A stretch of 55,758 nucleotides of DNA from a virus. Lineage: Duplodnaviria > Caudoviricetes. Shown here piece by piece: positions 8,515-16,445 of this stretch. Positions within the stretch are counted from its first letter, which is position 1; every line of letters begins with the position of its first letter. A program made the position numbers and the translations under genes. The stretch spans positions 1-55,758 of the IMG/VR virus record IMGVR_UViG_3300042922_000297. One strand, given 5' to 3'. The notes under the pieces were generated by a model that saw only the letters and a list, made by a program, of their open reading frames with translations, ran no database searches and was not told the DNA's origin.

Positions 8515-9918
8515 TTGATGACTCCTTCGGAGTGGTTCGACCTACTGCAATCAAAGTTCACCGAAACCACCCGACCTCGTTGGCAGGACGGCCGGACGCG
8601 GTCTGACCTCGCGGCGTGTAGCAGGGAGTTGCAGCCCCGGTTCCGGCTGCTGGATACGTTGTGGTCGTACTACGTGGGTGATCCTCCGCTTCCGGAGGTG
8701 GCTGACGAGTACAAGGATGTCTTCCGGGATGTGATGCGGAAGGCGCGCTCCAACTATGCCCCGATGAGTGTTGCGGCGATGTTGGACCGCATGGAACTCC
8801 AGGCGATCTCGACGGTCATCGACAAGGATTTGAATGGCGACGACCTAGCCACCCAGATCATGGACGAGTCCGGGTTCGGCGCGGTGTTCAAGGATCTCCT
8901 GGGGTACCTGTTCGCGATGGGTGAGTCCTACGGGATGGTCGTTCCGGGGGATCCGACACCGACCATTCATGCGATCGACCCGCGGCGCTGTGTGGGTATC
9001 CCGGACAGTCAGAACCCGGTGCGCCTCGCGGCGGCGCTGGTGAAGGGTTATGACTCCATCACCAAGGAGCAGGTGGCTCACCTTTTCCTTCCGGGGGAGA
9101 AGTGGAAGCTGACTCACGATGGCACGTCGTGGCGCAGGATCCCCGATAGTCCCGAAGCGATTAATGGTTTGGATGCGCTCGGCGGGATTCCTGTGGTGCG
9201 ATTCGAGAATGCGTTCGGTCTAGGTGAGTACGAGCCTCACATCGACCTGCTGGACCGGATCAACGACACCACCCTCCAGCGGATCGTGGGATTCTGGTAT
9301 CAGGCGCTGCGGCAGCGCGCCCTACAGGGTGATCCTGATGATGGTGAAGACGAGTACGGCGAAGATAGCGCTGAGTCCAGCACTGACACCCTGGAAGGGT
9401 TGCGGTCCAGGCTGAAAGCCGGACCCGGTTCGATGTGGATGATTCCCGCAGACTTCAAGATCTGGGAGTCCCAGCAGTCCGATTTCGGGCCGTTCATCAA
9501 CGCCAAGCGCGATGATGTGAAGGAGTTCGCGGCGGTCACTTCGACTCCGCTGCACCTGATCACACCGGATGCGGCGAACGGTTCCGCCGAGGGCGCCGGC
9601 CTGATGCGGGAATCGGCTACGGCGAAGGTCCGTGACCGTCGCGCACGGATTACCCCGTCCCTGAAGCTGCTGTGGCGTATCGCGTTCGCGATGGCTGGCG
9701 ACGCTGACCGCGGCAAGGTCATGCAGATGCACTGGGGTCCGATCGAGTTCCGCACCCTCGCGGAGATGGCGTCGGCCGCCTCGCAGGCAACAGGGACTTT
9801 GTCGGTGGAGAAGATCGGCCAGAAGATCTGGCAGATGTCTCCCACGGAGATCGACGAGAACATCGCGCAGCTCCGGTTGCCGGCTAGCAAGTTCGACGCC
9901 ACCCCGTCGAACGACTAA
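8515..9918 (+). CDS. Portal protein (SPP1 gp6-like)
   Basis: Follows terL; GIPVVRFEN..GLGEYEPHIDLLDRIN. Confidence 0.93.
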   Translation: MMTPSEWFDLLQSKFTETTRPRWQDGRTRSDLAACSRELQPRFRLLDTLWSYYVGDPPLPEVADEYKDVFRDVMRKARSNYAPMSVAAMLDRMELQAISTVIDKDLNGDDLATQIMDESGFGAVFKDLLGYLFAMGESYGMVVPGDPTPTIHAIDPRRCVGIPDSQNPVRLAAALVKGYDSITKEQVAHLFLPGEKWKLTHDGTSWRRIPDSPEAINGLDALGGIPVVRFENAFGLGEYEPHIDLLDRINDTTLQRIVGFWYQALRQRALQGDPDDGEDEYGEDSAESSTDTLEGLRSRLKAGPGSMWMIPADFKIWESQQSDFGPFINAKRDDVKEFAAVTSTPLHLITPDAANGSAEGAGLMRESATAKVRDRRARITPSLKLLWRIAFAMAGDADRGKVMQMHWGPIEFRTLAEMASAASQATGTLSVEKIGQKIWQMSPTEIDENIAQLRLPASKFDATPSND

Positions 9919-9981
9919 GACTTCCACCCATTTTGGTGGTTGACCCGTCATGGGTTCTTTCATCCCGACAGGGGAGTAGCA

Positions 9982-10677
9982 GTGTCTGATCTTCCTATTC
10001 ACCCGCGCACCGGACTCCGTGCAATCGGCATTGGCAAACGTGGACCAATCTGGCCGATCGCCGGGGGATCTCAGCCAGTCGGAGAACCCCCGCTGGATCC
10101 ACCAGCGGATGATCCCAATCCGCCGGCTACCGAGGCTCCCGACAGGGGATTCCCGGAGAACACTCCGATCGTCGAGATGTCAGCGGAGGAACGCGCCAAC
10201 TACTTCAAGTTCCATGACCGCCGGAAAAGCGACACGCTGAAGGCGTATCAGGGGATAACTCCGGAGCAGGCTTTGGAGTGGAAGCAGCAGGCCGAAGCCG
10301 CAGCCAGGGAGCAGCAAACTCCGAGCGAGCGCGCCCTTGAGGACGCTCGGTCAGAAGCTGCCGCCGCAGCCCTGAATCAGGCCGCGACCGAATGGGCACC
10401 GCTACTGGCCGCCGAGATTGTCGGCCAGTTCGTACCGGAGGAAGATAAGCGTTCCGCTGTCCTCGCCGGGATCAATCCGATGACGTTCGTCAAAGACGGC
10501 AAGTTCGACAAAGACGGACTCATCGGTCATCTGACCGGTCTCGCAACCGCTTTCGGCGGTGCGAGTCAGGAACATCAACCCAGACAGTGGGGCCAATCAG
10601 GAGATCGCCCGCCGGCACCGTCGGCGAGTGAAGCAGGGTTGGCCGAGGCAAGACGCCGCGGCTTCATCAAAGACTAG
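9982..10677 (+). CDS. Capsid scaffolding protein
   Basis: GGGGAG RBS plus GTG; helical acidic protein between portal and capsid genes. Confidence 0.85.
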   Translation: MSDLPIHPRTGLRAIGIGKRGPIWPIAGGSQPVGEPPLDPPADDPNPPATEAPDRGFPENTPIVEMSAEERANYFKFHDRRKSDTLKAYQGITPEQALEWKQQAEAAAREQQTPSERALEDARSEAAAAALNQAATEWAPLLAAEIVGQFVPEEDKRSAVLAGINPMTFVKDGKFDKDGLIGHLTGLATAFGGASQEHQPRQWGQSGDRPPAPSASEAGLAEARRRGFIKD

Positions 10678-10687
10678 GAGTTAACCG

Positions 10688-11077
10688 ATGTCATCTGACA
10701 TTTCTGTTCACTCCAGCACATACCAGGTCGAAGACCGGTCGTGGCTCGTGGGAACTCACGGCGTGGACATGACTCCTGGTATCACGCTGGACATCTCGAA
10801 GTTCACCGTCGTCAACGGCTACATCAAGTCGGGGCAGCACCTCGGCAAGATCACCGCCACTGGCCTGTACGGACCGTACGACAACACCCTGTCCAATGGT
10901 CAGGAAGTCTGCGCGGGGCTGCTGTTCAGCTCTGTCCGGGCAGTCGATTCGAATGGCACCGCCCTGGTCAAGGTTGGCGGCGCCCGCTTCATCCATGGAC
11001 TGGTCAATACCGCGAAGCTGCCGGCAACGGTGGACGCCAACGGTAAGGCCGATCTGCCCCTCATCGTGTGGCTGTGA
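10688..11077 (+). CDS. Head decoration protein (lambda gpD-like)
   Basis: GYIKSG..LGKITATGLYGPYD...AGLL. Confidence 0.85.
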   Translation: MSSDISVHSSTYQVEDRSWLVGTHGVDMTPGITLDISKFTVVNGYIKSGQHLGKITATGLYGPYDNTLSNGQEVCAGLLFSSVRAVDSNGTALVKVGGARFIHGLVNTAKLPATVDANGKADLPLIVWL

Positions 11078-11091
11078 GAGAGGACTAAACC

Positions 11092-12132
11092 ATGGCTATC
11101 GTCTTCGACGGTCCGATCTCCCCGGACGCGCTCACCACTTTCATTCGCAACGTGCCGGTTCAGGCCGAACTGGCACTGTCGGCGCTGTTCCCGACCCGCT
11201 ATTTCCAGAGCAACCGCATCGACTGGGCCGAGTTCGTGAAGACGAACCGGACCGCGTCGTACCGGTCGTTCGACGGCACCATTCACGTGTCCAGCCGTGA
11301 CGCCGGGTCGGGCAAGTATGTCGAGCTGATCCCGTTCTCCGACTCGCTGAGTCAGGGCGAGTACGAGCGGATTCAGGTTGAGATCGCCCGCCTGGGCGGC
11401 ACCAATAAGGCTGCCCAGGTCGCCGCCGCGTACAACGATGCGGAACGACTCAAGGGCACCATGGACAACCGCGTCGAACTTGCGTGGGGCGATGTCCTGA
11501 CCGACGGCAAGCTGACCATCAACGAGGGTGGCTTCAACGGTGAAGCCGACTACGGTGTGCCGGCCAACCAGATCGCCGCACCCGCGGGCGCCCTGTGGTC
11601 GGATCTCACCACGTCGGTGCCGCTGACCGACCTCGACGCATGGCAGGAAATCCGTATCGCCAACGGCTACGGCCGCGCGGGGAAGATGATCCTGTCCCGC
11701 GTGGTGCAGGGTTACCTGCGCCGCAACAAGCAGGTCATCGACGCCGTGTACGGGTCGACGGTCGGCAAGACCAGCGTGTCGGTGGCAGAGCTGAACACTC
11801 TGCTGGCGTCGGAGGATCTGCCCACCATCGAGCGGACCTACGACACCTCCCTGAACGTCGAGGGATCCAACACCCGCGTCCTCGCCTCGGACAAGGTCAT
11901 CCTCCTCCCGGACGATGTCGGCTCGCTCGGCTTCATGGCGTACGGCCTGTCGGCCACCGCACTGGAGTTGGCGAAGTCCAACCTGGCCGAACTGACCTTC
12001 GATGACGCTGCGGGCATCGTCGGTGTCGTGGAGAAGGTCGGCCCTCCTTACCGTGAGTTCACCTTCGTTGATGCGGTCGGCATGCCGATCCTGTCCAACG
12101 CGGGCCTGCTCAGCGTGGGGGATGTTGCCTGA
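11092..12132 (+). CDS. Major capsid protein (lambda gpE-like)
   Basis: 346 aa after decoration protein; RVELAWGDVLTDGK. Confidence 0.93.
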   Translation: MAIVFDGPISPDALTTFIRNVPVQAELALSALFPTRYFQSNRIDWAEFVKTNRTASYRSFDGTIHVSSRDAGSGKYVELIPFSDSLSQGEYERIQVEIARLGGTNKAAQVAAAYNDAERLKGTMDNRVELAWGDVLTDGKLTINEGGFNGEADYGVPANQIAAPAGALWSDLTTSVPLTDLDAWQEIRIANGYGRAGKMILSRVVQGYLRRNKQVIDAVYGSTVGKTSVSVAELNTLLASEDLPTIERTYDTSLNVEGSNTRVLASDKVILLPDDVGSLGFMAYGLSATALELAKSNLAELTFDDAAGIVGVVEKVGPPYREFTFVDAVGMPILSNAGLLSVGDVA

Positions 12133-12446
12133 TGTCGTCGCTGACTGCTTACGTGGCGGTGTTCGACGAGAACGGCATCGTGCATTCGTTCGGTCCCGGT
12201 AGCGATGTGCCGCCGTGGGCGAAGCGTCTGATCACCAACCCGAAGGTTTGGGATGGCGGTCTTGCTGCGGACGAGGATCCCGAAGACGGGGATTCTCCGT
12301 CTGGCCCGCCGCCCAAGGCGGGCAAGGGTTCCGGCGAGTCGGCGTGGCGCAGCTATGCCGAGGATAAGGGTGTCGATGTGTCTGGCGCTGAAGGGCGCGA
12401 CGACATCATCGACCTTCTTGACAAGGCTGGTGTCGCGGTCGAATGA
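12132..12446 (+). CDS. Head-region protein
   Basis: Coupled to capsid gene; PPKAGKGS..AW.YA...RDDII motif. Confidence 0.8.
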   Translation: MSSLTAYVAVFDENGIVHSFGPGSDVPPWAKRLITNPKVWDGGLAADEDPEDGDSPSGPPPKAGKGSGESAWRSYAEDKGVDVSGAEGRDDIIDLLDKAGVAVE

Positions 12447-12895
12447 CCACGCCTGATCCGCCCGAGGGGAAGTTCGTCACTGTGGACGAGGCTGAGGCCC
12501 GTTACGAGGGCGACTTCCCTTCGGAGCGGCGTCAGTGGCTGATGTGGCGTCTCTTCGACGTCGAGAACGCCCTGATGGGATTGGTGCCGTCCCTGCGCAA
12601 GCCGCTGGAAGACATCATCGCGGACTCCACCGCGGCCGGCGATCCCGGCCGCGTGGACCGCGTAAAATCCCTTGTCGCCGATAAGGCGTTGCAGATGTAC
12701 CGCAACCCCTTCGGTGGATCCCTTTCCCAGCACATGCAGACCGTCGATGACGTGCAGGAGTCTCGAACGTTCCGGGGTACTTCTACTGCTGCGATCGTGT
12801 TCAGTGACGACGAGTTGAATCAGGTGCGGCTGCGGACACGGAAGCGGTCGAAACTCGGCAGCATTCCGATTGATCCGTGGCGCATCACATGCTGA
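12443..12895 (+). CDS. Head-to-tail adaptor
   Basis: Synteny; RNP.G motif. Confidence 0.8.
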   Translation: MTTPDPPEGKFVTVDEAEARYEGDFPSERRQWLMWRLFDVENALMGLVPSLRKPLEDIIADSTAAGDPGRVDRVKSLVADKALQMYRNPFGGSLSQHMQTVDDVQESRTFRGTSTAAIVFSDDELNQVRLRTRKRSKLGSIPIDPWRITC

Positions 12896-13242
12896 ACATC
12901 CCCGCCGAATTCGGTAAGCAGACGCTCACGTTCGTGGCGTTTACTGCGGGTACCCGCGGATCGTTGGGGACGTACGTACCGGGCGAGGTGCCGACTGTTG
13001 TTCCAGGGTGCCGACATCGGCCGTTGTCGGCGAAGGAAACCGCTGAGTACGACCTGAATGTGTCGACAATGGTGTTCAAGACGACGGCCCCGCCTGTTGC
13101 GGGTGTACTGAACGCACAGCCTGATGGCGAGATCCGCGAGGGTAGCGAGGTTTACAAAATCATCGGCGGTCCTCAGCATCACCGAGACATGGCGGGCAAT
13201 CCGTTCAAGGTGACGATTCTGTCGCAGAAGCAGACGAGCTAG
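12889..13242 (+). CDS. Head-to-tail stopper
   Basis: Synteny; VPGCRHRPLS..E, Y.IIGG. Confidence 0.8.
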   Translation: MLNIPAEFGKQTLTFVAFTAGTRGSLGTYVPGEVPTVVPGCRHRPLSAKETAEYDLNVSTMVFKTTAPPVAGVLNAQPDGEIREGSEVYKIIGGPQHHRDMAGNPFKVTILSQKQTS

Positions 13243-13248
13243 GAGCAC

Positions 13249-13497
13249 ATGGTGGCGAAGTATCGGATTGTGAAGCCGTGCGCGTATGCGTTGGACGGCA
13301 AGGGTGTTCAGCATCGTCAGGCTGGTGCGGTGGTGGAGTTGTCGGGTGTACTCGCTGCGAAGTTGGGCGACGTGTTGGAGAAGGTCGAGTCCGAGAAGCT
13401 GAAGAATCCGGTGGCTGTCGACAAAGCCATCGCTGATGCGGCTCTGGATGTTGCATTGCTGAAGCCTCTTCTGAAGCCGGAAGGCGATGGCAAGTAG
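13249..13497 (+). CDS. Hypothetical head-tail region protein
   Basis: AGGAG RBS. Confidence 0.7.
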   Translation: MVAKYRIVKPCAYALDGKGVQHRQAGAVVELSGVLAAKLGDVLEKVESEKLKNPVAVDKAIADAALDVALLKPLLKPEGDGK

Positions 13498-13861
13498 CAG
13501 TTCTCGCGAGATCCAACGCGAGATTGAGGCGCAGATCCGCAAGGACGCCGAGTTGCGCTTGAAGACCAAGGAAGCCGCCGAGGGCATCCGTGATGAAGTC
13601 CGCGCGGAAACCCCGGTTGATACAGGCCGGGCGGCGGCTTCGGTGCAGGTAGAGAAGCGTAAGGATCGTGGCGGCCTGCCAACCTGGTGGGTTGGCTCAA
13701 GGTTGTGGTACTTCCACTTCCTGGAGAACGGCACCGGACCCGACCCTGCTGACAGTAAGTCGCGGTTCGGCCCTGATACACCCACCAAGGAATATGCGCC
13801 GTTCGCGAAGGTGGCGCACCGTCACGGGGGCACGAAGGATGGCATCGAGGTCGACGGGTGA
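13487..13861 (+). CDS. HK97 gp10-family neck protein
   Basis: TPVDTG...S, Y.HFLE.GT. Confidence 0.85.
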   Translation: MASSSSREIQREIEAQIRKDAELRLKTKEAAEGIRDEVRAETPVDTGRAAASVQVEKRKDRGGLPTWWVGSRLWYFHFLENGTGPDPADSKSRFGPDTPTKEYAPFAKVAHRHGGTKDGIEVDG

Positions 13862-14280
13862 GCGCATCCGATGAAGCGCCCGATGATGTCGAAGAGGCGT
13901 TGACCGCCTACCTGACCGGGTTACGGACCACGGCGATCTCGCGGCGACCGAGAGACCCGCTGCCGTTCAATCTGATCCGCAATATCGGTGGTGGGGAAGA
14001 CCCGGAGTTGGGTTTCTCTGATCCACTCGTCTCGGTGCGGACGTTGTGCGACAAGAAACTTGGCGAAGACGTCGCCGCCGGGCACTGCGCCGAAACACAT
14101 AAGTGGATGATCAACCTGGCACGCGTCCAGGAGGACATCGCCATCAGCGGTGGCCGGATCGTCAACTTCGACTACGTCACCGTCGTTGAGATGCCGCACT
14201 GGATCGAATTCCCCGATGACCAGGTGCTGTGCAAGTTGGGCCGATACGGAATCGGCCTGTCCTACGTCAAACAGCCCTAA
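13858..14280 (+). CDS. Tail terminator
   Basis: Immediately upstream of major tail gene. Confidence 0.8.
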   Translation: MSASDEAPDDVEEALTAYLTGLRTTAISRRPRDPLPFNLIRNIGGGEDPELGFSDPLVSVRTLCDKKLGEDVAAGHCAETHKWMINLARVQEDIAISGGRIVNFDYVTVVEMPHWIEFPDDQVLCKLGRYGIGLSYVKQP

Positions 14281-14392
14281 CACAGCCGAACCCTAATACC
14301 CGCCGCAACACCGTGTTGTGGCGTGCGGCCTGATGCCGCAATTAGCCGGAACTCCCCTCCGGTAGTTCACCATCCGATAAGGAGAAAGCACA

Positions 14393-15454
14393 ATGGCTCA
14401 ACCGGCTACCGGCGTCAGTCTCACCAATTCGGCCCTGGCCCGCTTCAACGCTCTGCGTGTCCGTCGCGGCGGCAAGTGGTCGCTTCTGGTCCGCGACTAT
14501 GACGGCCTGCGCACCAACATCAGCCCCGGCGGCGACTTCGTGTCCCCGATGGCAGCGGACGGCCTGTGGCGTGACGACCTGCTCGCGGTGAAGACCGTGA
14601 ACGGCAAGCAGGTGTACAACCAGACCGCCAACGAGGGCTTCCACAAGATCGGCTGCTCCAGCCCGGATGGTTTCGTGCAGGAGCACGACATCAACGTGGA
14701 CGCCCTGGAGATTCTGCAGTCCATCGACCCGGCCCGCGTCGACCTCACCAGCCGTGAGAAGCGGGTGGTGTTCACCGGTTTCGAGAACAACCGGGTGCTG
14801 CACCGCCTGCTGAACGATCTGCCGCTCACCAACATCCTGCACCCCTCACGGGCCGGCGCGACGTATGTGGTGGAGGAGAACGACGAGATTGACTTCATCG
14901 AGCGTCAGTTCATCCTGATCCACGAGGACAAGGCAGCCGGGCAGGTGGAGCGCACCGCGTTCGGCCTGTCGCGTGCGGTGCGGTCGAATATCGGGAACCT
15001 GGTCGGCACCAAGACCGATCCGACGTCGGCCGAGTTGTCGTTCACCCGCCTGATCGACCCGCACTTCATCGGGACGAAGCAGCAGCCGCTGATCTCCTGC
15101 ATGTGGGTGTCCGGTGAGGCGTGGGAAGAGTACGACACTCCCGCCTTGACGTTCGTTCCTCCCGGCCCCGTCGGTACCGCCCTGACGGCGACCACCGCGG
15201 AACTGGTGTTCGACGAGCCGATCGGCGGCGTCGGTACCTACGCGTACACGGTGGCGAAGTCGGCGTCCGCGCTGATGACCACGCCGAGCGCGGCGACCGT
15301 CGGTTCGACCACCGTCGAGGACGGTGTGGTGACCCTCGGCCTGACCGGGCTGACCGGTTCGTCCACCTCGTACTTCCAGGTGACCACCGAGGACGACGAA
15401 GAGGACACCGCAGTGTCGGGAGTCTCGAACGCGGTGGTTCAGCCGGCCCCGTAG
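14393..15454 (+). CDS. Major tail protein with C-terminal Fn3/Ig-like extension
   Basis: AAGGAG RBS; synteny; C-terminal TGLTGSSTSYFQVT. Confidence 0.88.
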   Translation: MAQPATGVSLTNSALARFNALRVRRGGKWSLLVRDYDGLRTNISPGGDFVSPMAADGLWRDDLLAVKTVNGKQVYNQTANEGFHKIGCSSPDGFVQEHDINVDALEILQSIDPARVDLTSREKRVVFTGFENNRVLHRLLNDLPLTNILHPSRAGATYVVEENDEIDFIERQFILIHEDKAAGQVERTAFGLSRAVRSNIGNLVGTKTDPTSAELSFTRLIDPHFIGTKQQPLISCMWVSGEAWEEYDTPALTFVPPGPVGTALTATTAELVFDEPIGGVGTYAYTVAKSASALMTTPSAATVGSTTVEDGVVTLGLTGLTGSSTSYFQVTTEDDEEDTAVSGVSNAVVQPAP

Positions 15455-15461
15455 TGAATGT

Positions 15462-15512
15462 CCCCTGGGTGGTCGTTCCTCGGCTGGCACCCACCCAGGG
15501 GGCTTCACCCTT
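15462..15512 (+). terminator. Hairpin after major tail gene (terminator/attenuator)
   Basis: 11-bp stem CCCCTGGGTGG/CCACCCAGGGG. Confidence 0.55.
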
Positions 15513-15548
15513 TGTCAGCCGAGTACAGCCGAGAAGAAAGCCGAAATC

Positions 15549-16061
15549 ATGAGTGAAGCCGAAGCGCAGGAACAGGCCAACGAGTACAACGGGTTCGCCC
15601 GCACCGGGGAGATCACCGGCGAGAACGGCGAGAAGTTCACCGTCAAGAACCCCATGTTCTTCAACGCCAAACAGCATGTGGCGTACGAGAAGTTGCATCA
15701 CCGCATGAACAAATGTGACCGCTGGCCCGACAGCGAGAAGCCCGAGCAGCGGATGTCCACCCACCAGCCGGACGGGACCAAGGTGGAGACGTTCGTGGGG
15801 GCGTACACGCAGCGCGGCGACTACATCGAGCCCTACCAGGAGGACGGCGTGCTGGTGGATCCGCCGTACGCGATCCAGGTGGCGCAGATCGTCCTGGGTG
15901 ACGAGTACCACAAGTTTGAGGATGCGGGCGGGTCTCCGTGGGAACTGGTGGAGAAGCTGGCCGAACTGCGTCGCGGTGTGCAGAAGCGGGTTGATGCGGA
16001 CCCCAAAAGTGATGCACGCGATGGCGTTCTGGCAGCGGTTCCCGCGCCAGATAGCAAGTGA
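15549..16061 (+). CDS. Tail assembly chaperone (G-like)
   Basis: Between major tail and tape measure genes. Confidence 0.88.
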   Translation: MSEAEAQEQANEYNGFARTGEITGENGEKFTVKNPMFFNAKQHVAYEKLHHRMNKCDRWPDSEKPEQRMSTHQPDGTKVETFVGAYTQRGDYIEPYQEDGVLVDPPYAIQVAQIVLGDEYHKFEDAGGSPWELVEKLAELRRGVQKRVDADPKSDARDGVLAAVPAPDSK

Positions 16062-16443
16062 CCTAAGACGGTTCTTTCCCGGCTGCCACATCAAGGATTG
16101 GCATCAAGGCCGGATGTCCAGCTACGAGCTGCTGGAACTTTTCGGGGTCACCGTCACTGATGATCCCGAGGCTGAAACCCGAACCCTCACCATTGACTTC
16201 GCCCCGGAGGACGGGGCGGTGTCGGGGGTGATGCGTGACGGTGAGCGTCCGGAGTGGAAGCAGGCCATCAACCAGATCGCGAACATTTCCGCGTTGTTCA
16301 GGTCGGCTAAGTTCCCGAACGCCGAGCACGAACAGTATGGCGAGCGAATGTTCTTGCCTGCCGCGAAGATCCGTCAGTTCATTGAAGATCAGGAACTCAT
16401 CGCCGCCGGTGATTCTCTGATCATGTTCCCAGGGGAGGGGTAG
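16006..16443 (+). CDS. Tail assembly chaperone extension (T-like), reached by frameshift or own start
   Basis: Overlapping +1 frame at GAC CCC AAA AGT; W.RFPRQIASDL.RF...I.DWH. Confidence 0.8.
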   Translation, partial: KVMHAMAFWQRFPRQIASDLRRFFPGCHIKDWHQGRMSSYELLELFGVTVTDDPEAETRTLTIDFAPEDGAVSGVMRDGERPEWKQAINQIANISALFRSAKFPNAEHEQYGERMFLPAAKIRQFIEDQELIAAGDSLIMFPGEG

Positions 16444-16445
16444 TC

